A stretch of DNA of 64,000 nt from Gemmatimonadota bacterium (lineage in GTDB: Bacteria; Gemmatimonadota; Gemmatimonadetes; Palauibacterales; Palauibacteraceae), in NCBI GenBank assembly GCA_046758745.1, contig JBHIAV010000008.1:28663-92662 (forward strand), given 5' to 3'. Below are positions 30,089 through 38,799 of the stretch, piece after piece. The translations under genes and the position numbers were made by a program. Position 1 is the first letter of the stretch; each line of letters opens with the position of its first letter. The notes beneath the pieces were generated by a model that saw nothing but the letters and a program-made list of their open reading frames with translations, was not told the origin of the DNA and searched no databases.

Positions 30089-30847
30089 CTACGCGTCCGC
30101 CGTGTCGGACGCCGCGAAGGCGCGTTCGTACACGAGGCGGGTCCGCCACCGGAACCTGCGGGTATCCGTGGCAGGGTTGTCTCGGCGCGGTGCCGGGATC
30201 GAGGCGGCAAGCATGGCTGCCTGCCGCTCCGAAACGTCGGAGACGGGGATCCCGAAGTAATGGCGGGATGCCGCTTCGACACCGAACAATCCCGGGCCGA
30301 GCTCGATCACGTTGAGGTAGAGCTCCAGGATCCTCCTCTTCTCGAGCTGCCTTTCCAGTCGCCGCGCGATTAAAGCCTCCCGCAGCTTGCGCAGGTAGCT
30401 CCGGTCGGAGGAGAGGTACAGGTTTCGGGCGAGCTGTTGGGTGATCGTGCTGGCTCCACGTGGGGCCTCCTTCCGCTCCCATGCCCGCCGGATCGCGTCC
30501 CGCAGCTCGTACCAATCGAACCCGTGGTGGTCGTAGAAGGCGGCGTCCTCCGCGACACGAACCGCCCGCTGCACGCTCTTCGGGATGGCGGAGAGCCGCA
30601 CCGGCCGGTAGCCGAGGCGAAGCGTCTCGCCCCCCTCCTTCGCCTCCTGGATCCGCTGCTTCATGTACGAGGTCTGAGCGGGCCAGCCGCTGCGAAGCGT
30701 CCGCACGTCGGGGAGGCTGATCCACACGAAGAAGCCGATGAGCAACCCGGCGCTCAGCAGCGCGCCGAGCGCCAGGCTCCACATCGGGTGCCCGGCGACG
30801 CGGCGCAGATCGGATCCCGCACCGCGCCGGCCGACCCGCCGACTCAC
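30089..30847 (-). CDS. mtgA: Monofunctional peptidoglycan transglycosylase (GT51)
   Basis: 'AEDAAFYDHHGFD', 'RGASTITQQLARNL', 'RKLREA', 'KRRILELYLN', N-terminal TM. Confidence 0.92.
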   Translation of the reverse strand: MSRRVGRRGAGSDLRRVAGHPMWSLALGALLSAGLLIGFFVWISLPDVRTLRSGWPAQTSYMKQRIQEAKEGGETLRLGYRPVRLSAIPKSVQRAVRVAEDAAFYDHHGFDWYELRDAIRRAWERKEAPRGASTITQQLARNLYLSSDRSYLRKLREALIARRLERQLEKRRILELYLNVIELGPGLFGVEAASRHYFGIPVSDVSERQAAMLAASIPAPRRDNPATDTRRFRWRTRLVYERAFAASDTADA

Positions 30848-30854
30848 CGGATCG

Positions 30855-31466
30855 TCACGCGCTCACCGTGCGCCGCAGCGCGTCGACCTGATCGGGCCGG
30901 CCGAGGACGATGAGCACATCCTCGCCCAGGATACGCTCCTGCGGGCCGGGGCTGTACACGAGCTTGCCGTCGCCCCTGTGGCCGGCGCGGCGAACCGCGA
31001 TCACGATCAGTCCCGTCTTCTGCGGTATGCGGCAGTCCGCCAGACTGAGGTCCGCGAGCGGGGAGCCGACGGGCACGGTGACCTCCTCGAGGTAGCGCCA
31101 GGCCCTCCCCGCGCGTCACCACATCCAGGAAGCTCATAACCTCCGGACGGAGCAGCACGGACGCCATGCGGATCCCGCCCGTGATGTTCGGCTCACCACG
31201 TGGTCGGCGCCCGCCTTGTAGAGCTTCTGCATCGGGTCCTCGTCGTGCGCCCGCGCCACGATGGTGAGGTTCGGCTGCAGGTCCCGTGCGCTCAGACACA
31301 CGAAGAGGTTGTCCGTGTCCGCGCTCAGTGATGCCACGAGTCCCCGGGCGAGGCCGATGCGCGCCTGCACGAGCGTCTCATCCCTGGTGGCATCGGCCTC
31401 GAGAATGGGGGCCTCGGGGAAGAGCTGACGGATGGCCTCGGCATCGGCGTCGCGGGCCCTTTTCAT
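30855..31466 (-). pseudogene. TrkA/RCK-domain K+ channel remnant: 5'-truncated, two frameshifts
   Basis: TrkA-N part 'ADATRDETL..A.I..ARGLV.SL.ADTDNLFVCLSARDL.P.L.IVARA...KAGADHVVS'. Shift near 31190 to 'PNITGGIRMASVLLRPEVMSFLD'. Shift near 31092 to TrkA-C 'LEEVTVP.GSPL...IPQKTGLIVIAVRR'. No GxGxxG motif or channel domain. Confidence 0.8.
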
Positions 31467-31467
31467 C

Positions 31468-31496
31468 TTGACGCTTCCGGACCGGAAAGGTACTCT
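31468..31496 (+). promoter_or_regulatory. Sigma70 promoter of the HU gene, with palindromic spacer
   Basis: TTGACG (31468-31473), 17 bp, TACTCT (31491-31496). The spacer contains TTCCGG-A-CCGGAA. Confidence 0.65.
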
Positions 31497-31554
31497 TGGG
31501 CAGGCCTCAAGCCGCCTCTCGCCTGCGTTTTCTCAACTTACCGAAGGAGCCAAC

Positions 31555-31839
31555 GTGAACAAGACCGAACTCATCGAAGGGCTCGCCGACGCGACGGGGA
31601 TGACCAAGGCGGACTCGCAGCGCGCCGTCGACGCGCTGTTTGACGCCGAGAGTGGCCTGATAGCCGCGGCGATGAAGCGGAACCAGAAGGTTCAGATCAC
31701 GGGTTTCGGCACGTTCGAGCCGCGTCAGCGGAAGGAGCGAATGGGGCGGAACCCCCGCACCGGTGAGCAGATTCGGATCGCGGCCAGCACTTCTGTCAGC
31801 TTTCGGGCCGGCAAGAGCCTGAAGGACGCGGTCAGCTAG
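31555..31839 (+). CDS. hup: DNA-binding protein HU
   Basis: AAGGAG RBS and GTG start, 'NKTELI', 'VQITGFGTF', 'GRNPRTGE.I.I.AS', 'F.AGK.LKDAV'. Confidence 0.95.
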   Translation: MNKTELIEGLADATGMTKADSQRAVDALFDAESGLIAAAMKRNQKVQITGFGTFEPRQRKERMGRNPRTGEQIRIAASTSVSFRAGKSLKDAVS

Positions 31840-32018
31840 CTTCGTCGCGAAAGGAACTGCGCCTTCCTCCCGGTGGCGAGACGGCTGCTCCATCGGTTCC
31901 GGGAGGGATCGGCCAACAAGTCGAAGCGCTTGCTCTCCGACGCCCTCGGGTCCGGGGATGCGACACCGGCTCTCTTCTGCGCCGGCGGCAGACGGGAGCG
32001 TCGCCGGATCCCGTCCTT

Positions 32019-33590
32019 TCAGGCTCCGCGCTCCAGCCGCACGGCTACCTCGCGCCCTCGGATCATCGCGCCGTTCAGCTTCCGAATCACCTCGTCGACG
32101 ACCTGAGAGTCGATGTCGACCAGAGAGAAGCTTCCGCGTATCTCGATCTTGCCGATCTGAGCCCCGACGAGACCCGCCTCCCCGGTGATCGCTCCCACCA
32201 GATCCGCGGGCCGCACGGAGTCTCTCTTGCCGGAGGCGATGTGTATCCGGGTCCAGGCCGGACGCACCCCTCGCTCCGGCCGGCGGGCCGGCGAGGGGGC
32301 AACACCAAGGCCTGAGGCGGCCTCGACGTCGGCCCACGGGCGCACGGGACTCGCGGCTTCCTCGCGCCGGCGAAGAAGAGCCGACAGCGCCGCGGCCACC
32401 CGATCGGAGCCGAACTCCGATAGGAGCGGCTCGAGCACGAGCAGCTCGGCCGATGCGCTCTCGCGCTCGATCTGGCCACGAACGCGGCGGCGAAAGTGGA
32501 GGATCGCCTCGAACGCGTCGTCGGGAGCGAAACCGGAGCAGGGCTGAAGGGTCCAGCCGGCCCGTCGCGCCATTAGCTCAAGCTGTCGGACGTGTAGGGA
32601 CGGGAGGATCACGCACAGCCTCTTCGCTCCCTCCCAGGCGCGGCGCACTTCCTCGAGGCTGAGCGGGAGCCCGTACAGGATGGTCGCCTCGGCTCGATCT
32701 CCGACCCCCGCCGTCACGGTACGCTCGCCCGTCAGGCTGGCGGAACTCCCCCGGGTCTCGAGAGCGACCGCCACCCGCCTCGCAGTCTTCCCGTCCATGC
32801 AGTGCACGAGGACAGCGTCCGCATCACCGGGGGCCATCTCGTGCACCATGCCGTCCAGGAGGTCGAGGCGGCCGGCCTCGCTCACCGCACTGCCATACAA
32901 GACGGTGGGCGGCTCGGTTCGGGTCGAGCCCGCCCCGCTCCCCCCCTCGTCCTCCCGGTCGTGCTTGAAAAGCTCCGTGGGCCAGCGGCGCGCCCGGTGG
33001 AGCCGTCGCACGAGGAGCTCTTCCAGTCGTTCGTCGACGCGGTCCGACACGACGATCTTCTGCGCGTCCGCCGGGAGCGTGTCGAGGAGCGCCTCGACGG
33101 AGGCCCACTGCTCCAGAGCCGCGATGTCCGCGACGCCGTCCACGATGAGGAGCCTGAGGCTTGCCAGGCCGAGTCGCCCGGCCCGGACCTCGGATAGGAT
33201 GACCACCGGTCGGCCGGCGATGCAGTGCGGGGGTTTTCCGCCCGCCGCCGTCTCGACACTCCGCTCCGCTCCTTCCGACTGGGCGAGGGCGCGGAGGTCA
33301 CGCGGCAAGCCCAACTCCCGCGCGGCCACGGCAGCGCGACACGCCGTCTCCCGGGTGGGCGCGAGCACCAGCGCCTGCACGGCATCGATCGCGGGGTCAC
33401 ACCGCTCCCCGATCGCGATGCCGTACAGCGTCTCCTTGCCCGAGCCTTCAGCCGCGATCGCCGCCACGTGATGGCCTCTGCGGACGGCCGTCAGGAGGGC
33501 CTCGACGATCTCGGGCGTGTGGGGAAAGCCGAGACGTCGGAGCGCGCTTGCCTGCTCCTCCGAAAGGGCCTGCTGTTCCGCGGTCTGCAT
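32019..33590 (-). CDS. Degenerate DEAD-box-like protein with C-terminal DbpA RNA-binding domain
   Basis: 'GSGKET', 'ALVLAPTRE', motif II replaced by 'IVDGVAD', C-terminal 'GKRDSVRPADLVGAITGEAG....IGKIEI...FSLVDI'. Alternative starts up to 33623. Confidence 0.8.
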   Translation of the reverse strand: MQTAEQQALSEEQASALRRLGFPHTPEIVEALLTAVRRGHHVAAIAAEGSGKETLYGIAIGERCDPAIDAVQALVLAPTRETACRAAVAARELGLPRDLRALAQSEGAERSVETAAGGKPPHCIAGRPVVILSEVRAGRLGLASLRLLIVDGVADIAALEQWASVEALLDTLPADAQKIVVSDRVDERLEELLVRRLHRARRWPTELFKHDREDEGGSGAGSTRTEPPTVLYGSAVSEAGRLDLLDGMVHEMAPGDADAVLVHCMDGKTARRVAVALETRGSSASLTGERTVTAGVGDRAEATILYGLPLSLEEVRRAWEGAKRLCVILPSLHVRQLELMARRAGWTLQPCSGFAPDDAFEAILHFRRRVRGQIERESASAELLVLEPLLSEFGSDRVAAALSALLRRREEAASPVRPWADVEAASGLGVAPSPARRPERGVRPAWTRIHIASGKRDSVRPADLVGAITGEAGLVGAQIGKIEIRGSFSLVDIDSQVVDEVIRKLNGAMIRGREVAVRLERGA

Positions 33591-33627
33591 GCTCGAGTCC
33601 TCGTCCATTCGGGATCCGGCCATCGAG

Positions 33628-33657
33628 TTGACGCCCTCGCCTCCCAGCGTCTAACCT
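33628..33657 (+). promoter_or_regulatory. Putative sigma70 promoter of the symporter gene
   Basis: TTGACG (33628-33633), 18 bp, TAACCT (33652-33657). Confidence 0.5.
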
Positions 33658-33702
33658 GTGCGCTTCACTGCCTTCCAGAACCCCCTCACCGGGCGGACGA
33701 TC

Positions 33703-35145
33703 ATGACGCTGATTCACGCTGCGCTGGCGCTCGCCCAGGAAACCGGTTCGAGAGGAGCCATGGAGCTCCTCGCGAGAGTCCAGTCCGCAGTGTGGGGCAC
33801 TCCGCTGATCGTCCTGCTCGTCGGCACCGGGCTATATCTAACCCTCCTGCTTCGGGGGCTGCAATTCCGGCGTCTCGGCCGCTCCCTGGTTCTGGCGTTC
33901 ATCAAGCGGCGGGAGGAAAGCGCCGAGGGAGACATCTCCCACTTCCAGGCGCTGATGACCGCCCTCGCCGCGACGGTGGGGACGGGCAACATCGTGGGCG
34001 TGGCCACGGCGATCGCATCGGGCGGGCCGGGGGCGCTCTTCTGGATGTGGGTCACCGGCCTGGTCGGGATGGCCACCAAGTACTCCGAGGCGGTGCTCGG
34101 CGTCCGCTTCCGCGAGACGGATGCTCGGGGGGAGAAGTCAGGTGGCCCGATGTACTACCTCGAGAACGGGATTCGGTGGGGCCGACTCGGCCGGGCGCTC
34201 GCTCTCGCCTTCGCTCTCTTCGCCGCTCTGGCCGCCTTCGGGATCGGCAACGGGGTCCAGTCCCAGGCCGTGGCCTCCGCCATCCACCGCTCGTTCGGCG
34301 TGCCGCAGGGGATCGTGGGGTTGGTGACGGCGTCGCTCGCCGCTTTCGTGATCCTGGGCGGCATCAGGTCGATCGGCCGCTTCACGGCCATCTTCGTCCC
34401 GCTCATGATCGCGCTGTACATGGGTGGGGCCGGTCTCATCATCCTCCTCAACCTGGACGGCGTCCCGGAGGCGTTCCGGCTGGTGTTCAAAGGCGCGTTC
34501 ACAAGCTCCGCGGTCGGTGGCGGCGCGCTCGGCTACACGGTCGCACAGGCGATCCGATTCGGGGTGGCGCGCGGCGTCTTCTCGAACGAGTCGGGGCTCG
34601 GGACGGGCGGCATCGCCGCGGCGGCCGCCCAGACGAAGGAGCCCGTCCGCCAGGCGCTCATCTCGATGACCCAGACCTTCATCGACACCATCGTGGTGTG
34701 CAGCTTCACCGGGATCGCGATCCTCAGCACGGGCGCGTGGGAGAGCGGCCTGGATGGGGCGAACCTCACCCAGCTCGCGTTTCACACCGGTCTCCCCGGC
34801 GAATACGGCGGGTGGATCGTGGCGATCAGCCTCTCCTTCTTCGCGTTCAGCACGATGCTGGGGTGGTCGTACTACGGGGAGCGCAACCTCGAGTACCTGG
34901 TGGGCGTGCGCGCGATCCTCCCCTACCGCCTCCTCTTCGTCGCCGTCATCGCGGTCGCCGCCGTGGCCAGGCTCGACGTGGTGTGGCTCGTCTCCGACAC
35001 GATGAACGGCCTTATGGCGTTCCCCAACCTGGTCGGGCTGCTGCTACTGTCGGGAATCGTGCTCCGCGAGACGCGAGCCTACTTCGCCAAGTACGTGACG
35101 GAGAGCTCGGCCGAAGAGCAGCGGCTCCCGATGCGCCGGCTCTGA
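33703..35145 (+). CDS. Sodium:alanine/glycine symporter (AGCS family)
   Basis: '[24 protein letters not shown]', 'GGPMYY', '[11 protein letters not shown]', 'FIDT', 'WSYYGE', 'LMAFPNL'. Confidence 0.95.
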   Translation: MTLIHAALALAQETGSRGAMELLARVQSAVWGTPLIVLLVGTGLYLTLLLRGLQFRRLGRSLVLAFIKRREESAEGDISHFQALMTALAATVGTGNIVGVATAIASGGPGALFWMWVTGLVGMATKYSEAVLGVRFRETDARGEKSGGPMYYLENGIRWGRLGRALALAFALFAALAAFGIGNGVQSQAVASAIHRSFGVPQGIVGLVTASLAAFVILGGIRSIGRFTAIFVPLMIALYMGGAGLIILLNLDGVPEAFRLVFKGAFTSSAVGGGALGYTVAQAIRFGVARGVFSNESGLGTGGIAAAAAQTKEPVRQALISMTQTFIDTIVVCSFTGIAILSTGAWESGLDGANLTQLAFHTGLPGEYGGWIVAISLSFFAFSTMLGWSYYGERNLEYLVGVRAILPYRLLFVAVIAVAAVARLDVVWLVSDTMNGLMAFPNLVGLLLLSGIVLRETRAYFAKYVTESSAEEQRLPMRRL

Positions 35146-35213
35146 GCACCCGGCACGCGGCGCGCCTCGGTTACGCGGGCCGAGAAGGCGGGTCCCGGCC
35201 GGATCGAACGCCG

Positions 35214-35837
35214 TCAGCCCCGGAAGCGACGATAGTGGCCGAGGTCGTACGCGCGGATCGAGAGGATCTCTCGCGGCCGCATCCCCAGCTCCTCGAGGGT
35301 GATGGACTCGTCCGGTATTCGCTGCTCCGCGTACTCGACATAGAAGTCGTCCGGATCGTCGGTCGTTCGCAGCAGCATCGCGCGCAGCCCTCTGCGCTTC
35401 GCCTCTTCGACCGTGATCCGGAGTGGGAGTTCCTCCACCTGCTCGAGCCACCGGTCCGGCATCGCCAGCCGGACCGTGACGGTCCCGCCAATCGCGGCGT
35501 CGGGGCCGATCTCGGAGGACGCGCCGCCCTCGGCGAAACCCATGCCCGCACGCCGCTCATGCGCGCCCGAGGTCGCGGTTACGTGTCCCAGGGTGTAGAG
35601 GAACCGCTTGGTGAGATCGGTGACGTCGAGGCCGACGACCCGGTCCGTCACCGCGTGCACGTTCGTATGGCCGCCCTCCCGGTCGACACGGAGCCTGGCG
35701 CTGCCCATCTCGCCGGAGAAGACGATCGAGCACGCTGTCTCTTCCTGTACCGTCAGGTGGGAGTGCTCGGAGAAAAACCTCTTGGCCCGTTCGAGGACCT
35801 CCTCCGGCGACAGCTCGGTGAACACCACGTAGCGCAT
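35214..35837 (-). CDS. Hypothetical two-domain protein with ubiquitin-like (beta-grasp)-looking C-terminal domain
   Basis: 207 aa ORF from ATG 35837 (GGGAG upstream). Two globular segments joined by a G/A/S linker, with an internal ATG at 35543. Confidence 0.65.
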   Translation of the reverse strand: MRYVVFTELSPEEVLERAKRFFSEHSHLTVQEETACSIVFSGEMGSARLRVDREGGHTNVHAVTDRVVGLDVTDLTKRFLYTLGHVTATSGAHERRAGMGFAEGGASSEIGPDAAIGGTVTVRLAMPDRWLEQVEELPLRITVEEAKRRGLRAMLLRTTDDPDDFYVEYAEQRIPDESITLEELGMRPREILSIRAYDLGHYRRFRG

Positions 35838-35869
35838 GGGGCGACGGACGCTCCCGCAGTCGTTGTGGG

Positions 35870-35891
35870 GCCGACCCCGGTCGGGGTCGGC
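35870..35891. other. Perfect 9-bp GC hairpin in a divergent intergenic region
   Basis: gccgacccc-ggtc-ggggtcggc. No U-tract. Confidence 0.5.
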
Positions 35892-36103
35892 GCGCGAGCC
35901 CGTGCCGCCCGCGCTCCACGTGGCGCGCCGGGCAGGGCGGACGTCAACTTCGACGCCGGCCCCCGGATCGTCAACCGGCTCGCCCGCCGGCCGCGGGTGA
36001 GAAGGGGGACCGTCCCATCGTCGGTGGGCGACCTCGGCGCACGGAGTGCTCGCCGGGCGGTGGATTTGGCCAGCGGAAGACACACCCTCCGGCTCGCCCC
36101 GGA

Positions 36104-37627
36104 ATGAGCGCGGGCCGGGGCGCCGGACAGCTGATCGTTGCCGGGGCTGCCCTAGCGGTCGCCACCGGCCTGGCGTGGAGCCGGGTGGAGCCGTTCCGCG
36201 GATGGTATTACCAGCTCGCCTGGTATCCGACCCTGTTGGCCGTGGACGGGGCTCTCGCCCGTCGGGAAGGAAAGCCCCCACTCCTCGGACAGCCGCGCTT
36301 CGCGGTCTCCCTCTTTCTGTGGTCGATCCCCGCTTGGCTTCTCTTCGAGCTCATCAACTTCCGGCTCGCGAACTGGTATTACGTCCTCCTCCCGGACCAT
36401 CGACTTCTCCGCTGGGGTGGGGCGGCGGCGGCGTTCGCCACCGTGCTTCCCGCCCTGTATCTGGCCTATCTGTGGATGGAGCGCCTGGATCTGGCCGAGG
36501 GTTGGCGGCGCCCGTGTTTCGAGGTGCGGCCGGTCCATCGCCGCCTCCTCTTCGCGCTCGGATGCCTCTTCGTTCTGCTGGCCGGGTGGAAGCCCGACGC
36601 CTTCTTCCCCCTTCTGTGGGGGTCGATGACGCTCCTCCTCGAGCCGTTCAACCACCGGTGGGCTCCGGAGCGTTCCCTGCTCGGCGATCTCGCCCGGGGG
36701 AGCTACACGCGTCCGGTGCGTCTGCTGGCGGCCGGCGCTGCGGTCGGCCTCGTGTGGGAGCTCTTCAACTCGCTGGCCGGGTCGCGGTGGATTTACACGG
36801 TCCCGGGGCTCGAGGATTGGAAGCTGTTCGAGATGCCGCTTCCCGGATTCCTGGGGTTCCCGGTCTTCGCCCTCGACTGCTTCGTCTTCTACCAGTCGCT
36901 GGTGCGCCTTGGAGTGGCGCAGCCCGGCTGGCACCGACCGACCGAGCCGCTTGAAGGGGCGCTCCCGCGTCCGGTTCGCCGGCGGGCGTCCCCTTCGGGC
37001 AGGCGGCGACTCGCTTCTCCGGCCCACCGTTCGCTCGCTGCCACGACCGCAGCCGCGGCCGCCAGCCTGCTCGTGCTGGCGGGCATCGATCGCTGGACGG
37101 TGGACTCCGTGCGCGCTCCGCTCGAAGCGGTGTCGGGTGTGGATGCCGCGGCAGGCAAGGCGCTGAAGGCTGCCGGGATCCGGAGGCTCGAGCAACTGGC
37201 CGAGGCGGACTCCGCCGGACTGGTGGACCGTGTCGGTCTGGAGGCGGGCGCGGTGGGGGAGATGCTGGAGGAAGCCCGGCTGGCCGCCCTCCGAGGGATC
37301 GGAGCGCTCAACGCGTCGGCCCTGCGGCGCGCGGGGATCCGCTCCGTATGCGAGCTGGCGAGAGCGGATCCGCAGGAGATCTCCCGCGCCATCCGAAGGG
37401 TGCGGGCGGATCCTCATGCGGGTCGGTCGGCCCGGGTGCGCGTGTGGCTGCGGGCCGCGCGGCGCAGCTGCGGCAAGGAGGCTCACGCACCGGGGAGTCC
37501 TGCCCGCGGCGGGGCGGGGACGCGCGGGCGACGCGCCTCGACGCGCCTCGCGCCGCCCGGTTGCCGTGTCGGGTCGAAGGACGGATCTTCCCGCTGCACC
37601 GAACGCTCGCAGGAGACGATCGCGTGA
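36104..37627 (+). CDS. Multi-TM membrane protein with C-terminal helix-hairpin-helix (DUF4332-like) region
   Basis: W-rich TM region ('FELINFRLANWYY', 'WELFN...RWIYTVP', 'LFEMPLPGFLGFP'), then HhH-like 'LEAVSGVD...LKAAGI' and 'LRGIG..NA.AL.RAGIRSV.ELA'. Confidence 0.7.
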   Translation: MSAGRGAGQLIVAGAALAVATGLAWSRVEPFRGWYYQLAWYPTLLAVDGALARREGKPPLLGQPRFAVSLFLWSIPAWLLFELINFRLANWYYVLLPDHRLLRWGGAAAAFATVLPALYLAYLWMERLDLAEGWRRPCFEVRPVHRRLLFALGCLFVLLAGWKPDAFFPLLWGSMTLLLEPFNHRWAPERSLLGDLARGSYTRPVRLLAAGAAVGLVWELFNSLAGSRWIYTVPGLEDWKLFEMPLPGFLGFPVFALDCFVFYQSLVRLGVAQPGWHRPTEPLEGALPRPVRRRASPSGRRRLASPAHRSLAATTAAAAASLLVLAGIDRWTVDSVRAPLEAVSGVDAAAGKALKAAGIRRLEQLAEADSAGLVDRVGLEAGAVGEMLEEARLAALRGIGALNASALRRAGIRSVCELARADPQEISRAIRRVRADPHAGRSARVRVWLRAARRSCGKEAHAPGSPARGGAGTRGRRASTRLAPPGCRVGSKDGSSRCTERSQETIA

Positions 37628-38799
37628 GTCCCACCGGCTCCGCAGGCGCCACAAGGGAGGAGGACCGCGCCGCCGCGGACGAGACAGGGCCGACGGCGTT
37701 CGGCCGCTTCTTCCTCCCCGGCCCGACCGAGGTTCGGCCGGAGGTGCTCGAGGCGATGCGGCGGCCGATCATCGGTCACCGGGGCCCGGAGATGCAGGAG
37801 CTGCTGGGCGGCATAGATCCGGCCCTCCGCTCCCTCTTCCGCACCGAGCGGCCCGTGTACATCTCCACCTCATCCGCCTCCGGCCTCATGGAGGCCGCGA
37901 TCACCAACCTCACCCGGCGTCGGGTCCTGTGTCTGGTGTGCGGGGCGTTCGGAGAGCGGTTCTTCGAGATCGCGCGTGCGTGCGGCCGCCCCGCCGATGC
38001 CCTTCGCGTCGAGTGGGGCGATCCCAACCTCCCGGATGCGTTGCACGAGACGCTGAGCCGCGAGCCCGCCCGATACGACCTGGTGACGGTCGTTCACTCG
38101 GAGACCTCCACCGGCGTGCTCAATCCGGTTCGGGAGATCGCCGGAGTCGTACGTCGGTACGACGACCTCCTCCTCGCGGTCGATGGGGTCTCCTCGGTGG
38201 GCGGGGCGCCGCTGGAGTTCGACGGGTGGGGGCTCGGCTTCCTCCTCACGGGGTCGCAGAAGGCGCTCGCCCTCCCGCCGGGTCTGGCGCTGGCGGCCGC
38301 GTCGGAGCGTGCCTTGCAACGGGCCGAGGAGGTGCCGGCGCGCGGCTACTACTTCGATCTCCTGGAGTTCGAGCGGCGGGCAAGCGAGCACCAGCCGACC
38401 AATACGCCGGCCGTCTCCCTGCTCTTCGCCCTCCGCCATCAGCTGGACCGGATCGAAGGAGAGGGGCTGGAGGCGCGCTGGGATCGGCACCGCGCGATGG
38501 CGGAACGGACGCACGCGTGGGTCGAGGAGATGGGCCGACGGACCGGCCTCCCGTATCGAGTCCTGCCTCCGGTCGGCTACCGCTCGCCGACGGTGACGAC
38601 GATCTGCTTGCCCGAGACGGTGAGCGGCCGAGCGGTCGTGCGGGAGGTCCGAGCGCGCGGCTTCACCATCGCGGCCGGGTACGGGAGGCTGAAGGACGAG
38701 ACGATCCGCATCGGGCACATGGGCGACCACACGCCGGAGGAGCTCGAGGCGCTGCTGGCCGCTCTCACACAGGTGTTGGAGGGAGCGTATGCCCACTGA
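37624..38799 (+). CDS. Class V PLP aminotransferase (AGT/serine-pyruvate/SerC-like)
   Basis: 'FLPGPT', 'HR', 'VHSETSTG', 'VDGVSS', PLP lysine 'GSQKAL.LPPG', 'RIGHMG'. AGGAG RBS before GTG 37624. Confidence 0.9.
   Translation: MSPTGSAGATREEDRAAADETGPTAFGRFFLPGPTEVRPEVLEAMRRPIIGHRGPEMQELLGGIDPALRSLFRTERPVYISTSSASGLMEAAITNLTRRRVLCLVCGAFGERFFEIARACGRPADALRVEWGDPNLPDALHETLSREPARYDLVTVVHSETSTGVLNPVREIAGVVRRYDDLLLAVDGVSSVGGAPLEFDGWGLGFLLTGSQKALALPPGLALAAASERALQRAEEVPARGYYFDLLEFERRASEHQPTNTPAVSLLFALRHQLDRIEGEGLEARWDRHRAMAERTHAWVEEMGRRTGLPYRVLPPVGYRSPTVTTICLPETVSGRAVVREVRARGFTIAAGYGRLKDETIRIGHMGDHTPEELEALLAALTQVLEGAYAH

Noticed and set aside
31090-31195. Programmed or compensating frameshifts in the TrkA remnant
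   Set aside because: No slippery heptamer is visible, the outer frame contains a stop between the two shifts, and the gene is also 5'-truncated.
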